A stretch of 56,854 nucleotides of DNA from Limisphaerales bacterium (GCA_044225505.1 JBGAIN010000001.1:145642-202495); one strand, 5' to 3'; positions 21,972 to 31,978 are shown, counted from the stretch's first letter. The notes: generated by a model from the letters alone, not told the origin. Made by a program: numbers and translations.

Positions 21972-22409
21972 ATGGCTGATGAGATTGATTTGTCGTCCAT
22001 GGAAAACTGCGTGTGCTTCAATCTGCGCTGGGTATCGCGCGCTATCACGCAGTTCTTCGTTGCCGAACTTCAACGGCACGGATTACTGCCGACGCAAACG
22101 CCAATCCTAGCCGCGCTTTTATCAAACTCGAACGCAAGCATGGCCGAACTGAGCGATTGGCTGGGAATGGATCGTACCACCCTGGTAAGGAATCTTCGTC
22201 CTTTGGAGCGAGACGGCCTGGTCAAGGCTAACAGCAAGGGCCGCGGCAACAAGGTCAGCCTGTCGCTAACACCCAAGGGGCGGGCTGCGCTGAAAAGGTT
22301 TTTGCCGGACTGGCAGGTGGCGCAGCAGAAAGTAGTGGACACCCTTGGCTCGGAGCGTTGGGCGGAAATTCTTCGCGACCTGGAACAAGCGGCATCGAAA
22401 CTGAACTGA
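21972..22409 (+). CDS. MarR-family transcriptional regulator
   Basis: CVCFNLR..SRAITQ, LGMDRTTLVRNL.PLERDGLV, LTPKG. Confidence 0.9.
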   Translation: MADEIDLSSMENCVCFNLRWVSRAITQFFVAELQRHGLLPTQTPILAALLSNSNASMAELSDWLGMDRTTLVRNLRPLERDGLVKANSKGRGNKVSLSLTPKGRAALKRFLPDWQVAQQKVVDTLGSERWAEILRDLEQAASKLN

Positions 22410-22421
22410 ACACTTTCTGGT

Positions 22422-23768
22422 ATGAGTCCCGCATCTACACTCAACGCTGTGCATATACACACCAAGTCTCCGGCACTTGTGTCTCCAAAATGGAATGGTT
22501 CGGCGCTGGACGCAGACCAACTGCGTCGCCTCTGCCTCGAAGCGGGCGCGGACGATGCCGGCTTCGTTAGACTCGACCACCCCGCGCTCGTGGATGAGCG
22601 CGGCCATATTGAGCGCGCCTTTCCACAGACCTGCAGCTTGATCAGCTTTGTCCTAAAGATGAACCGCGACAATATCCGCAGCCCGGCTCGCTCGGTGGCC
22701 AACGCGGAATTTCATCAAACCACGGATGAGACGAACAGCGTCGCTCGACGAATCACTGCCGCCCTGGAGAGGGTTGGGGTTCGTGCGTTGAATCCGCCTT
22801 CCGGCTTTCCGATGGAGACGGATCGCTGGATGTCGGACCGCCTTTGGGTTGTATCCCACAAGCCGGTTGCGGTGGCAGCAGGTCTGGGACGGATGGGCAT
22901 CCACCGGAACGTGATTCATCCGCGTTTCGGTAACTTCATCCTATTGGGGACTGTTCTGGTCGCCGCAGAAATCAGCCAGTATTCCCAGGAACTGGACTTT
23001 AACCCTTGTCTTACCTGTAAGTTGTGTGTTGCGGCCTGTCCGGTGGGCGCGATCGGGGTGGATGGAGCGTTCAACTTCTCGGCCTGCTACACCCACAATT
23101 ACCATGAGTTTATGGGGGGATTCGCCAATTGGGTCGAAGAAGTGGCGTCGAGTAAAGATGGCCGTGACTACCGCCGGCGGGTGAGGGAGGCGGAAACCAT
23201 TTCGACTTGGCAAAGCCTAGCGTTCGGCCCGAACTACAAAGCCGCTTATTGTATGGCTGTTTGCCCGGCAGGCGACGATGTTCTCGGCCCCTATCTCGAA
23301 TCGAAGAAGGAGTTTACAGACGAAGTCCTCCGCCCGTTTCAATCGAAACAGGAATCGCTTTACGTCGTGCGGGGAAGCGACGCCGAAGCCCACGCACGGA
23401 AGCGTTATCCTCACAAGACGATTCGGTATGTACGAAGCTCACTGCGCCCGCGTAATATCAGAACGTTTTTGCAAGGGCTGCACTCCTCGTTCCAGCGCCA
23501 AGCGGCCGGGGGTCTGAAGGCGGTGTATCATTTTACCTTTTTTGGAAGGGAGGTGGCGGAGACGACCATCTCTATTCGAGAGGGGAAGCTGCAGGTAGAA
23601 CAAGGACTTCGAGGGACTGCCAATCTGCGGGTCGTTGCCGACTCTGACACTTGGCTTGGTTTTCTCGCGAGGGAGCGAAGCCTGCTGTGGGCGCTGCTCA
23701 CCCGCCGTATCAGACTGGGCGGGAACCCGAAATGGCTCTTGGCGTTCGGACGTTGCTTTCCGAGTTGA
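22422..23768 (+). CDS. QueG-like 4Fe-4S dicluster protein with C-terminal SCP2 (sterol/lipid carrier) domain
   Basis: SHKPVAVAAGLG.MG.H....HP.FG, CLTCKLCVAACP, YCMAVCP; C-terminal YHFTF.G...ADSDTWLGFL...G.P. Start may be further downstream. Confidence 0.78.
   Translation: MSPASTLNAVHIHTKSPALVSPKWNGSALDADQLRRLCLEAGADDAGFVRLDHPALVDERGHIERAFPQTCSLISFVLKMNRDNIRSPARSVANAEFHQTTDETNSVARRITAALERVGVRALNPPSGFPMETDRWMSDRLWVVSHKPVAVAAGLGRMGIHRNVIHPRFGNFILLGTVLVAAEISQYSQELDFNPCLTCKLCVAACPVGAIGVDGAFNFSACYTHNYHEFMGGFANWVEEVASSKDGRDYRRRVREAETISTWQSLAFGPNYKAAYCMAVCPAGDDVLGPYLESKKEFTDEVLRPFQSKQESLYVVRGSDAEAHARKRYPHKTIRYVRSSLRPRNIRTFLQGLHSSFQRQAAGGLKAVYHFTFFGREVAETTISIREGKLQVEQGLRGTANLRVVADSDTWLGFLARERSLLWALLTRRIRLGGNPKWLLAFGRCFPS
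22448..22462 (+). promoter_or_regulatory. Second copy of the putative MarR operator TGTGCATATACACAC
   Basis: Exact 15-nt match to 21953-21967. Confidence 0.6.
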
Positions 23769-23962
23769 ATGAGCGAGTTGCGTCTTTCCGGTCCGGTTCA
23801 GCCCGCCTGGTGATATTCGCTCTCAGCGAAGAGTGTTAAACTGATTCTCTAAGTCTTGACTCAATGAGTAAATCGCTTTGACAACAGTCGATCGAAACGA
23901 TGAGTGTGAGTGCGCACGAGGATATTCCAATGTGGCCTCGTGATTCGGGGACAGCGAATAGA

Positions 23963-24016
23963 CCGTGGACGTATCGTGGCGCGATCCTGACGAGCGACGT
24001 AAAGGGCCAGGACATC
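23963..24016 (+). pseudogene. Relic fragment of a GH43 paralog
   Basis: PWTYRGAILTSD..KGPGH-coding DNA matches 8582-8642 with synonymous changes and a 7-nt deletion. Confidence 0.7.
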
Positions 24017-24030
24017 GCTCCGAATCGTAG

Positions 24031-24061
24031 AAAACCCGGCAAGCGCGAGCGCCTGCCGGGT
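24031..24061 (-). terminator. Intrinsic terminator of the 24086..25519 gene
   Basis: Minus strand ACCCGGCAGGCGCTCGCGCTTGCCGGGT-TTT: GC stem plus T run, 25 nt after the stop. Confidence 0.7.
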
Positions 24062-24085
24062 GGTATCCGTTAGGGAATTGACGGA

Positions 24086-25519
24086 TTAGTTGGTTGGGCG
24101 GACACGGAGAAAACCGCGAGTCCCAGTTGGGAGTGTGCCTGTGTAGGTGGTGATGCCGTCAATGCCTTGCACACTCGGGGCGAGCAGCGTGGGCCAGGAA
24201 CCCAGGGCTTGCGTATAGTCGACCGCGTAGGTTTTTCCAGCGGTCGAGTTCCACTTTAGTGTGATCGAATTGGCCTTGGCGTCATACTGTACCGAGGCAA
24301 TCTTCAACTCAGCGGCCGGGTTTCCAGTCGCACCTGTGTCGATTAATCGGAAATTGTCGAAGTATAGTGTCCAACCGTCCGTGAAGTCGCCTTGCCCTTC
24401 GGTCATGATTACCGGCGCGCCTTCCGCGGTGTCGGACCAGACCAACTGGTCGAGAGTAACAGAGACGGTCTGAACCTCGCCGGTGGCGGCATCGTGGCGG
24501 GCCAGGCTGGCAGGGAACGCGCGGGCTAAAGTCTCGAATCCGGTTACAACCCAGCCGGGCTTGCCAGCGTCGTCTCGATCCGGATAGATGACGTCAAAGC
24601 GCACGGTGTAACGCTCAAGTTCGGCCGTTGTGGGCCGCTCCTCAGCGGGTCGGTCCAATTTCAGAATCTCGGCGAGCTTGGTTCCTGCGAAAGGCACAGT
24701 GAAGTCGGCGTGCCAGTCGCCATTGCCGGTGAAATCCACCTTGAGTGCATGGGTGCCTTCGGTGACCCGGATATCGTCCGCCCCAGCTTTGGTGTAGCGA
24801 CTATAGGTCGTGCGAGGAGTGCCACCCCACGCCGTAAAATCAGCGGCGCCACCCGTGGGATTGCTGCCGTCCTCAAAGCTCTGCAGGACCGTGGTGACCG
24901 CCTTGGCTCCAGCGGTGTAAGTGTCCACCAACCGAATGTTATCGATGTAGACAGTCAACGGCGTCGTGGTCACATCCTCGACCGCCGCGAAGTTATCGGA
25001 AATCCGAATCACCACCGGTCCCTCTTCGTTCATCCCCTGGATTAAATCCAGAGCAAGCGACATCGTGGACTTGCCACCGTTCGCTGCATTGGGCGTGTTC
25101 AGCTGATCATTATGGGTTCCGAGGAACACTTGCTCGTTCATCCAAGACGTGCCCCCAGGGAAAATGACGTCGAAGCGCAGGATGTAGCGCGCCACATCGG
25201 TCGACTTCACGGCATCATGAATCAGCTGAGAGGCGTCGTCAGAAAGCGTGATTCGAGCATCCAGGCACCAGCCAGGCGCGGAAAGATCCATCTTTAGCGA
25301 CTTGTTACCGTGAGTCACGTTGATGTCGTCCGCGCCAGCTTTGGTATACTGCGAGAACGCGACGTTATCAGGAATGCGCGGTCCGCCCCAGTCGCCTTGG
25401 GAGACGCTATCAATACTGTCTTCGAAATCTTCGAGCATAACCGCATTCTCCGCGGAGAGACTGGCAGCAGAGAGCAAACTCAACGCGCCGACAAGGAAGA
25501 GGGGGCTAATTCTTCTCAT
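24086..25519 (-). CDS. Secreted protein with two tandem beta-sandwich (CBM-like) repeats and a C-terminal FxR domain
   Basis: Signal peptide; repeats L.DFED..WGG..YTKAGADDI.VT.G...LK.D...RY..RFDVI.P...Y.DN.RL.DT; ends TRGFLRVRPTN. Confidence 0.8.
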   Translation of the reverse strand: MRRISPLFLVGALSLLSAASLSAENAVMLEDFEDSIDSVSQGDWGGPRIPDNVAFSQYTKAGADDINVTHGNKSLKMDLSAPGWCLDARITLSDDASQLIHDAVKSTDVARYILRFDVIFPGGTSWMNEQVFLGTHNDQLNTPNAANGGKSTMSLALDLIQGMNEEGPVVIRISDNFAAVEDVTTTPLTVYIDNIRLVDTYTAGAKAVTTVLQSFEDGSNPTGGAADFTAWGGTPRTTYSRYTKAGADDIRVTEGTHALKVDFTGNGDWHADFTVPFAGTKLAEILKLDRPAEERPTTAELERYTVRFDVIYPDRDDAGKPGWVVTGFETLARAFPASLARHDAATGEVQTVSVTLDQLVWSDTAEGAPVIMTEGQGDFTDGWTLYFDNFRLIDTGATGNPAAELKIASVQYDAKANSITLKWNSTAGKTYAVDYTQALGSWPTLLAPSVQGIDGITTYTGTLPTGTRGFLRVRPTN

Positions 25520-25673
25520 ATCTTCTGTAGTACTCTGTAACCGGTCATTGATCGATGGGGTCGCCGATTGAATAGAGAAAGCGCAGAAACTAGTAAAGAA
25601 ATTTGCGGTCAATCTCCGCTATTGCAACCGGTCCTTGGCTAGATAGAGTGCGCTCCATTATACCTGATCTGAT

Positions 25674-25943
25674 ATGGACGGAGATCAAATCGAAGCTTAT
25701 CTGGAAAAGGCCCGCGAGATCATCGGGGAGCGTTCACCTAGTGAGATCGACTATGACGACGCAGTGGTTAGGAACCTCAGCGCCGGGATGAGTATACGGA
25801 AAGCGATTGCGGCTGCCAACAAAGAGCACCCGAACGAGGCGTTGCAGCCGGAAGTTGACCATTGGGAGGATCTAGCCTCGAGGTATGAGTATCTCCGCCA
25901 ACATAAGATCATTCTGAGGAAGTTGGGAAGATCGGAATTGTAA
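25674..25943 (+). CDS. Small hypothetical protein
   Basis: 89-aa ATG ORF with plausible helical composition. Confidence 0.55.
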   Translation: MDGDQIEAYLEKAREIIGERSPSEIDYDDAVVRNLSAGMSIRKAIAAANKEHPNEALQPEVDHWEDLASRYEYLRQHKIILRKLGRSEL

Positions 25944-26286
25944 ACGAACTACCGTCTAGAATTCTTGATCTCCGAAAGATCGTGCCTTCGAGCCAAGATT
26001 GGGTTGAGCCGTATTTCGCAAGGATTCTATTTAGCGAGGCCGTGGAACGGAGGCCCGGATGTGCTTGAACCAACGAGAATGATAAAGCTGAACAGGTCTG
26101 AGGCACCGCCTCGCTAGATTGAACTGCGCGAGATGGCCAAAGAACAGGCGACCGCCGATGGCGCGGCGTCGATGAACTGAACTGTTCGCCAACAGGCGGT
26201 GGAGTCTTGTCTTCCCCAGTCGCAGGGCTAAAGCAGCTCTCTTTTCTTCTGTTACGTTTTCCAGTGGGCGCCGATTGTACAGGTAG

Positions 26287-28320
26287 ATGAACGGAAATGA
26301 CCTGCTTCTGGATTACCGGCAGACGCGATCCGAAACAGCCTTCGCGGAGCTGGTGAGGCTCTACACCAACCTCGTCTACTCGGTGGCTAAACGCCGTCTG
26401 GCCAATGCCGCCTTGTCTGAGGAAGTCGTGCAGGCCGTATTCATTCGGCTGGCTCATAAACCGCCCCGTCTCGAGACCGACCCCGAATTGGCCGCCTGGC
26501 TGCATCGAACCACAGTGCATGTCGCCGTGGATGTCTGGCGTTCCGAGACGCGTCGCCGCGCCCGCGAAGAATCTACTTCTATTATGCAACCCGCCCCCAA
26601 CACAACCGATGCGCTCTGGACTGAACTCTCCCCGATCATCGACCAAGCGCTCGACGAGTTAGCCGATACAGACCGCCAAGCGCTCACTCTCAGGTTTTTC
26701 GGCGGCAAAGGCATGCGCGAGATCGGCCAGGCTCTTGAGGTCAGCGAAGACGCCGCCAAGATGCGTGTCAGCCGGGCTTTGGATCGACTGCGCTCAGTGT
26801 TGGCCTCGCGCGGGGTGGCCTGCGGCACGGCGGCCTTGGGCGCCGTGTTGTCCGAGAAAGCCGTCGAAGCCGCCCCGGCGAGAGTCGTCGAGGGCCTGCG
26901 CGCCCTGCGTGTCCCTGAAGCGACGGCGCTGAGCGGACTTTCTCTGTTGCTGGGAAGCCTTCATCTGATTTCCAAGGCGAAGCTGACCGGCGGCGTGTTG
27001 GTCCTTCTAGTCATCGGGGGTGGGATCGTTACCCTGCTTCAATCGTCTACGGTCAAGCTTGCCGGAACCGATGCGCCAGGTGCGGTTCTCGCGCGGGAGT
27101 CGCGCTCGGGAGCGAGCGCTGGCGCTGGCTCCACTCGGTCACAGACGCCGGCGGGAGCGGTGAGTGCACCAGCACCGGACCTGGTGCGTATGGTCTTCCA
27201 CGTCTTAGATGGAGAGAGTGGCGAAGGAATTGCGAATGCCAAGATCCGGGCTGTCTACTTCTATGCCGGTGGCCGCGGTGAGCGCCATGAGCTCGTGACC
27301 GACGCCACGGGTGCGGCTGGCCTTCCCGAGCCGAGGGAAGCCAACGACTCGGGTATGAATGTGTTTGTGTCCGCCGACGGGCATGTGCCTAAGTCGATGA
27401 GCTTCAGGGCCGACGATGGGCGGATCGAATACACAACCCGGCTCGATCGCGCGCTATCGGTGGGCGGCCGGGTGCTCAATGCGCAAGGTCAGCCTGTGCC
27501 CCAGGTGACCATTTGGATCCAGGACCCCGGCAATCAGCCTGGACTGAGTGAGAATGTCGATTTTCAGACCTGCCCAGTTACCAGCGATGCCGAGGGCCGC
27601 TGGGTTTGTACCTATATCCCCAAGAACTTTGAGGAAATTCGGCTTGTCCTAAATCACCCCAACTACGCGGTTACGCTCCCAGTGGTGCCGGCGGCAAAGG
27701 CCAACTCGACCAATCTCGTTCTCGTCCTGGATGACTGCTTCACGGTTGCCGGACAAGTTGCCGACCACGATGGTCGCCCTATTCCTGGGGCCAACGTGAA
27801 GGAATTGCGAACCGGGTCCTACAAGCCGCGTTCCACCGCCACGGACGCGAATGGGAATTTTGACCTCAAAGCGACGGCCGAATATGACACCTTATTCGCC
27901 ACTGCTCCCGAACTCGCTCCCGCCGGCGCCCTGGTCGCCCGTGGCATGGCAGGTTCGGGCTCGCATTTAACTGTGATTGTCCAGGCAGAGGGGTTTGCAC
28001 CAGCCGTGCGGAACCTGATACTGGTGAAAGGGACCAACGCCGTTAGCTTCGTTCTCGATCGAGGCCATCTCTTCCAAGGCCGGATCGTGGATGAAGCAGG
28101 GAGCCCGATCGCCAACGCCGTTGTCCGGACCGAAGCCGACAATACCGGAATAGACAAGTTCGCTTGGAGCGCCAAAACCGATGCCGAGGGGCGGTTTGTA
28201 TGGACCTCTGCCCCGGCTGAACCGACCATGTTCTGGTTTGAGGCGCCGGGATACCAGATCCAGCGCGATGTGCTTCTAACTGCGGACGGTTCCGAGCAGA
28301 AGATCACGTTGAAGAAGTAA
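26287..28320 (+). CDS. ECF sigma factor fused to a TM segment and carboxypeptidase-regulatory-like (transthyretin-like) repeats
   Basis: SETAFAELV, EEVVQAVF, AWLHRT, DAAKMRVSRALDRLR; TM GVLVLLVIGGG; repeats GRV....G.P+..A....TDA.G.F. Confidence 0.88.
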   Translation: MNGNDLLLDYRQTRSETAFAELVRLYTNLVYSVAKRRLANAALSEEVVQAVFIRLAHKPPRLETDPELAAWLHRTTVHVAVDVWRSETRRRAREESTSIMQPAPNTTDALWTELSPIIDQALDELADTDRQALTLRFFGGKGMREIGQALEVSEDAAKMRVSRALDRLRSVLASRGVACGTAALGAVLSEKAVEAAPARVVEGLRALRVPEATALSGLSLLLGSLHLISKAKLTGGVLVLLVIGGGIVTLLQSSTVKLAGTDAPGAVLARESRSGASAGAGSTRSQTPAGAVSAPAPDLVRMVFHVLDGESGEGIANAKIRAVYFYAGGRGERHELVTDATGAAGLPEPREANDSGMNVFVSADGHVPKSMSFRADDGRIEYTTRLDRALSVGGRVLNAQGQPVPQVTIWIQDPGNQPGLSENVDFQTCPVTSDAEGRWVCTYIPKNFEEIRLVLNHPNYAVTLPVVPAAKANSTNLVLVLDDCFTVAGQVADHDGRPIPGANVKELRTGSYKPRSTATDANGNFDLKATAEYDTLFATAPELAPAGALVARGMAGSGSHLTVIVQAEGFAPAVRNLILVKGTNAVSFVLDRGHLFQGRIVDEAGSPIANAVVRTEADNTGIDKFAWSAKTDAEGRFVWTSAPAEPTMFWFEAPGYQIQRDVLLTADGSEQKITLKK

Positions 28321-28715
28321 TCGCTGGGATTTCCGTCAGTCGTTAAGAATGCGGCGAGCTTGTTGTTGCGCCGAGAACGCTCGTTGTGAGTGGAAGTCAG
28401 GCCTTCTGAAACGCTGAGACGTTTCTCGTGCGTCAATCGAGCCCCCGTGGCATCGCCCGTGCTGTTCAAAAGCCACGTTATGGTTGAGCGCTCTTTTCCC
28501 GAGTCTCCTTGTCAGCGGGCCCGAACTGGGAATGCTCGGCTTGACGAACTATCCTATCATTCGAGGTTCTGTGATCGACCTGCGCGTGTTAAGTGACCAA
28601 ACGAACTGGCAAGGCACGGGTCATTACCTTGTCGACCTCCAACTTCGCTCGCCCGCCCAGGAAGCGACTTGCTTTTCAAATAGCTGTCCTTCGGCGTAAG
28701 CTTAGCCAATAGAAC

Positions 28716-29441
28716 GTGCCAAGTATGAAGCGAACTCCAGCGACTCATCACCATCAGCCCGGAACGCAGCTCAAGCGGGAGCGCAACCTTGGATGGTGCG
28801 GCATTTTTGGAGCATCCATGGTCGCATGGATGGCATGTTTAGTGGAAAACGCACCTGGTGCGGAGATCGATCAGCAGAATTGGCCTCCCGCGGCAGTGCT
28901 AAACGCTGGTTCGGAGGGCGAGGTGCAGGAGTTTACGCCGACTCAGGACTCCCTCGACAGCGTGCAGTTGTGGATCCCCGGAGGAATCATCAATCCGGTG
29001 GCATACGTCGGTGGCGCCACGGCGGTCAACATACGGCAGGGCGGCTTCAACGGACCCGTCATTGCGGCAAGCCGTCCAACATACACACCGCCGTTCTATG
29101 AAGGTCCAGTTGGCTATGGCTTCGCCCAGCCAGTGCCTCTGGTGCCCGGTCAGCTTTACGCGATTGAAGCTGTCCGGGGAACTGGAACGGGACTCTTTGC
29201 TTTTGGCACGCCTGGGAACTACGCAAGCGGCAGATTTTACACCTACGGTAGCGAGTATCCAGATGGCGATTTAGTCTTTCGTGAGGGAATTGGCTTAGAC
29301 CTTGTTCCGGAGCCATCCCCAGCACTGCTTTTGACGGGCGGCTTGGTAATATCAATTGCGGTCGGGACAATGCGGCTTGGTCGCCGGGCGATTGTGAGGT
29401 CTTGGTCTGGAGGTCATGAAAAGCCAACGGTAACCACCTAG
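28716..29441 (+). CDS. PEP-CTERM sorting-domain protein (start uncertain)
   Basis: VPEPS followed by hydrophobic PALLLTGGLVISIAV and basic RLGRR. Confidence 0.75.
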   Translation: MPSMKRTPATHHHQPGTQLKRERNLGWCGIFGASMVAWMACLVENAPGAEIDQQNWPPAAVLNAGSEGEVQEFTPTQDSLDSVQLWIPGGIINPVAYVGGATAVNIRQGGFNGPVIAASRPTYTPPFYEGPVGYGFAQPVPLVPGQLYAIEAVRGTGTGLFAFGTPGNYASGRFYTYGSEYPDGDLVFREGIGLDLVPEPSPALLLTGGLVISIAVGTMRLGRRAIVRSWSGGHEKPTVTT

Positions 29442-29453
29442 CCTTACCGCATC

Positions 29454-30182
29454 ATGAGAACAACGTTTTGGATTGCGATTCTCACAGCTGTGTTCTTCTG
29501 TGGTTCAAGCTTTTGCTCTGCGGAGCAGGTCGTTTACGCTGTTTCCTCCAGGCAAATGGCGGAAGAATTGGGTGTAAGTGTTGGATGGAGGTGGAATCAA
29601 AACAATACGAACGAGATCGGAGTCGAGTTGGAGGTTGCGTCCGATGGCAAGCTCGCTCGATTCCATCGGTGTGCCTTAAAGGTTGCCTCTGATCGTCGAG
29701 AACTCGTGTCCACCACAGTGGTGCCAGTTCCTCAGACGAATGGCAACACGGTCCTTGCGTTCGTAGCTGGCCGAGATTTTGTGCCGAAGAGCTCATTGAC
29801 ACTCTTTCTGAATGATTTTGCTGAGGGCTATTGCTTTGCCATGAAGGATTTTGTCGAGGTGCCACCGATCTTCACGTTTATTGGAGTTCCACAAGCCCTG
29901 TCGACTAACGGGCTTCGGGAGATTAACGCGATGAAGAGAGGATTCATCGTGGACGTGTTGAGAGTTACCGAAGGAGATTTTCGGGGGAAACAGATCGAGT
30001 TTCCGTTCCGTACGGATTGGTTCTGGCCACCGAAGGCAGATCCGAGCACTGCTGGGCGTCTCGTGCAACTCGAAGACGGCAACAACATCGTTTTGCCAAA
30101 GGCAGGCATCAAGTATTCGATCACTGCTGGGTATGGGCAGCACGGACATGTGAGAATATTGGAGTACCATGCGATAGAATAA
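29454..30182 (+). CDS. Hypothetical exported protein
   Basis: 242 aa with a signal peptide; no recognised family. Confidence 0.6.
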   Translation: MRTTFWIAILTAVFFCGSSFCSAEQVVYAVSSRQMAEELGVSVGWRWNQNNTNEIGVELEVASDGKLARFHRCALKVASDRRELVSTTVVPVPQTNGNTVLAFVAGRDFVPKSSLTLFLNDFAEGYCFAMKDFVEVPPIFTFIGVPQALSTNGLREINAMKRGFIVDVLRVTEGDFRGKQIEFPFRTDWFWPPKADPSTAGRLVQLEDGNNIVLPKAGIKYSITAGYGQHGHVRILEYHAIE

Positions 30183-30607
30183 GGGGCACAAGGCAGAGGC
30201 TCAAAAAAGCGTCAAATCCGACACCATACGGAGTAGGAGCCATCGTCTCCAATTCGTCTCGGACGTGGCCGCGTCGCGAGCGCTTTGCTTTGTCGGTTGA
30301 GGACGAGGAGGGTTTCGCGAATGGCCCAAGACGTCGTCACGATGCAGCGATTGGTTTGAGAGGATCTAGGCGGAGGCGTTAGAGAAATGCCGCTCAAGAT
30401 TCCGGGGTAGGCGTGTTGCCGGTGATCTCACGGATTGGAATTGCGATATACGAACGGGAGTTGGTAAAATCCTTTAAGGTCAACGTGCGGTTTAATGTCT
30501 TATGTTGGAACCTCGCGGCAGATCACTTGCTCCGCTAGGCAAAGGGTCGAGGGGGAAACAGTGTTGGGCATGCTCAAACCGTCGTCGAACCATTGGGTCG
30601 AAGGCAT

Positions 30608-30895
30608 ATGAAAAAAACACACCGTCGAAACGTATATCTTCTCGTCGTGTTAGCTACAGCGCTGGCCGCGACAGGGTTGGCATCACGTCAGTTTGGCGCA
30701 CGACGAGGTGCTTTGCCGGAGCCTGCAACTCACGTATCGCTCCAACTTTCCCAGGTGACCTTACGAGCGCCCGTTCCGCAGAATTCGCAGTTTCGATTCC
30801 AGGGTATTGAGCCCGCGGAGCGTATCAACCAAGAATTGATGAGGCGCAGTCGCGAAGAGTGGGAGCGCACTTATAAGGCGAAGCATCCCCAATGA
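30608..30895 (+). CDS. Small hypothetical membrane-anchored protein
   Basis: MKKTHRR plus a hydrophobic stretch; followed by an attC-like hairpin. Confidence 0.5.
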   Translation: MKKTHRRNVYLLVVLATALAATGLASRQFGARRGALPEPATHVSLQLSQVTLRAPVPQNSQFRFQGIEPAERINQELMRRSREEWERTYKAKHPQ

Positions 30896-30921
30896 GATGT
30901 GCTGACATACGATCAAGGCTC

Positions 30922-31010
30922 AACCAACCAGGTGAAGTGAACGGCGTGACTAAGTTCCGGTTCTAATTCGAACTTCATCGGCCCGCCGTCGTTGACTCGG
31001 ATTGTTGCAC
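30922..31010 (+). mobile_element. Degenerate attC-like site
   Basis: AACCAAC ... GAACGGCG / CGCCGTC (one unpaired base), inner AAGTTC/GAACTT stem ... GTTGCAC; 89 nt. Confidence 0.5.
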
Positions 31011-31073
31011 GGTTCCTCGCGCGAGCATTTACGGTCGGCGCCGTCAAAGTAACGAAGGAGCACAAGCCATCGC

Positions 31074-31481
31074 TTGACTCGCTATCGGATATTCGCCTCG
31101 GCAGTGTCTGTCGCGCTGCTCGCCTTCTCGGCTCTTTGGCTTGTCAACGCTTGCTCTTATTACATGACGAGCAATGGATCGGCAGCGCCACTCGGTTCGA
31201 TGCTGATCGTATTGGTGACTCCCGCGATTTGGTTTGCCAGCGGCATGATTTTAGTGAATGCACGCGACCACTCGTCGTTCTCTCGGCTCGAACGCTGCGC
31301 ATTGGCGACCGCATGTATCCCGGTCACTCTCGGAACATTGCTGGCCGCTTGGACTGTTAAAGAGGGCTTCTCCCTGAGCGGAGAGTGGAGCTTTGAATCG
31401 GCACAACTACCGCCTCGAAGCGAATCGCTGTTGCCCGATTCAGTGCCGGGCTTGCAGGAGAATTTTGAAAGGCTAAAATAG
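31074..31481 (+). CDS. Hypothetical membrane protein (3 TM)
   Basis: Three hydrophobic segments; TTG start. Confidence 0.5.
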   Translation: MTRYRIFASAVSVALLAFSALWLVNACSYYMTSNGSAAPLGSMLIVLVTPAIWFASGMILVNARDHSSFSRLERCALATACIPVTLGTLLAAWTVKEGFSLSGEWSFESAQLPPRSESLLPDSVPGLQENFERLK

Positions 31482-31543
31482 CGAAGTGACATTGCTTACA
31501 GCAGCAGTCGGTCTGGCGCGTAGTTAATCGTCGTTCGCGTATC

Positions 31544-31960
31544 ATGAAATTGCGCCGCCCAACCGATCAGATTGCGGGTTGCTGCTGGCTCCCGCGCATA
31601 GCCGACAAAGCTCGCTGTTATCTGGCGGGAGAGATGCCGTTTGCTTACCGGGTCGCATTTTTGAGCCGTGTCGGCGTGGACGGATATTTTATCCGCCATT
31701 TTTCCTTCTCCCGAAGCTGCTTTTTGGCTGGTGTCCAAGCATCACCCGACGACGCGACACTCGAATCATGGTTTCTCTCGCAACCGACAGCTACCGTCTC
31801 GACTATCGCCGATTGGAACCGCCTTGCTCCGACCTTGGGCATGAGGGGGCATCCCGGATATTTGACGCGTCACACCGTCAAGTGGTTCCTTTATCCCAAG
31901 TCTGTCAGAAAGGCAGTCAGCAGTCTTTTCGAGGCCATAGAGCAGGATGAACTCGCTTAA
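31544..31960 (+). CDS. DUF5069-like protein
   Basis: LR.P.....G..WLPR..DKAR....G.....Y...D..F..F...LF..IE.DE. Confidence 0.65.
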   Translation: MKLRRPTDQIAGCCWLPRIADKARCYLAGEMPFAYRVAFLSRVGVDGYFIRHFSFSRSCFLAGVQASPDDATLESWFLSQPTATVSTIADWNRLAPTLGMRGHPGYLTRHTVKWFLYPKSVRKAVSSLFEAIEQDELA

Positions 31961-31978
31961 TTCTCCCCCGACCGCAAC

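Noticed and set aside
22422..23768. Reductive dehalogenase or bona fide queG
   Set aside because: No Tat signal or rdhB anchor gene. The SCP2 fusion and MarR context differ from QueG, so only a superfamily call is supportable.
23770..23841. attC-like site after the Fe-S gene (GAGCGA/TCGCTC arms, GTTAAAC)
   Set aside because: No matching R'' box and wrong arm-to-core spacing.
28484..28699. Possible relic of another FYR domain (SDQTNWQ)
   Set aside because: It lacks the LxW and terminal FYR motifs; the similarity is too weak.
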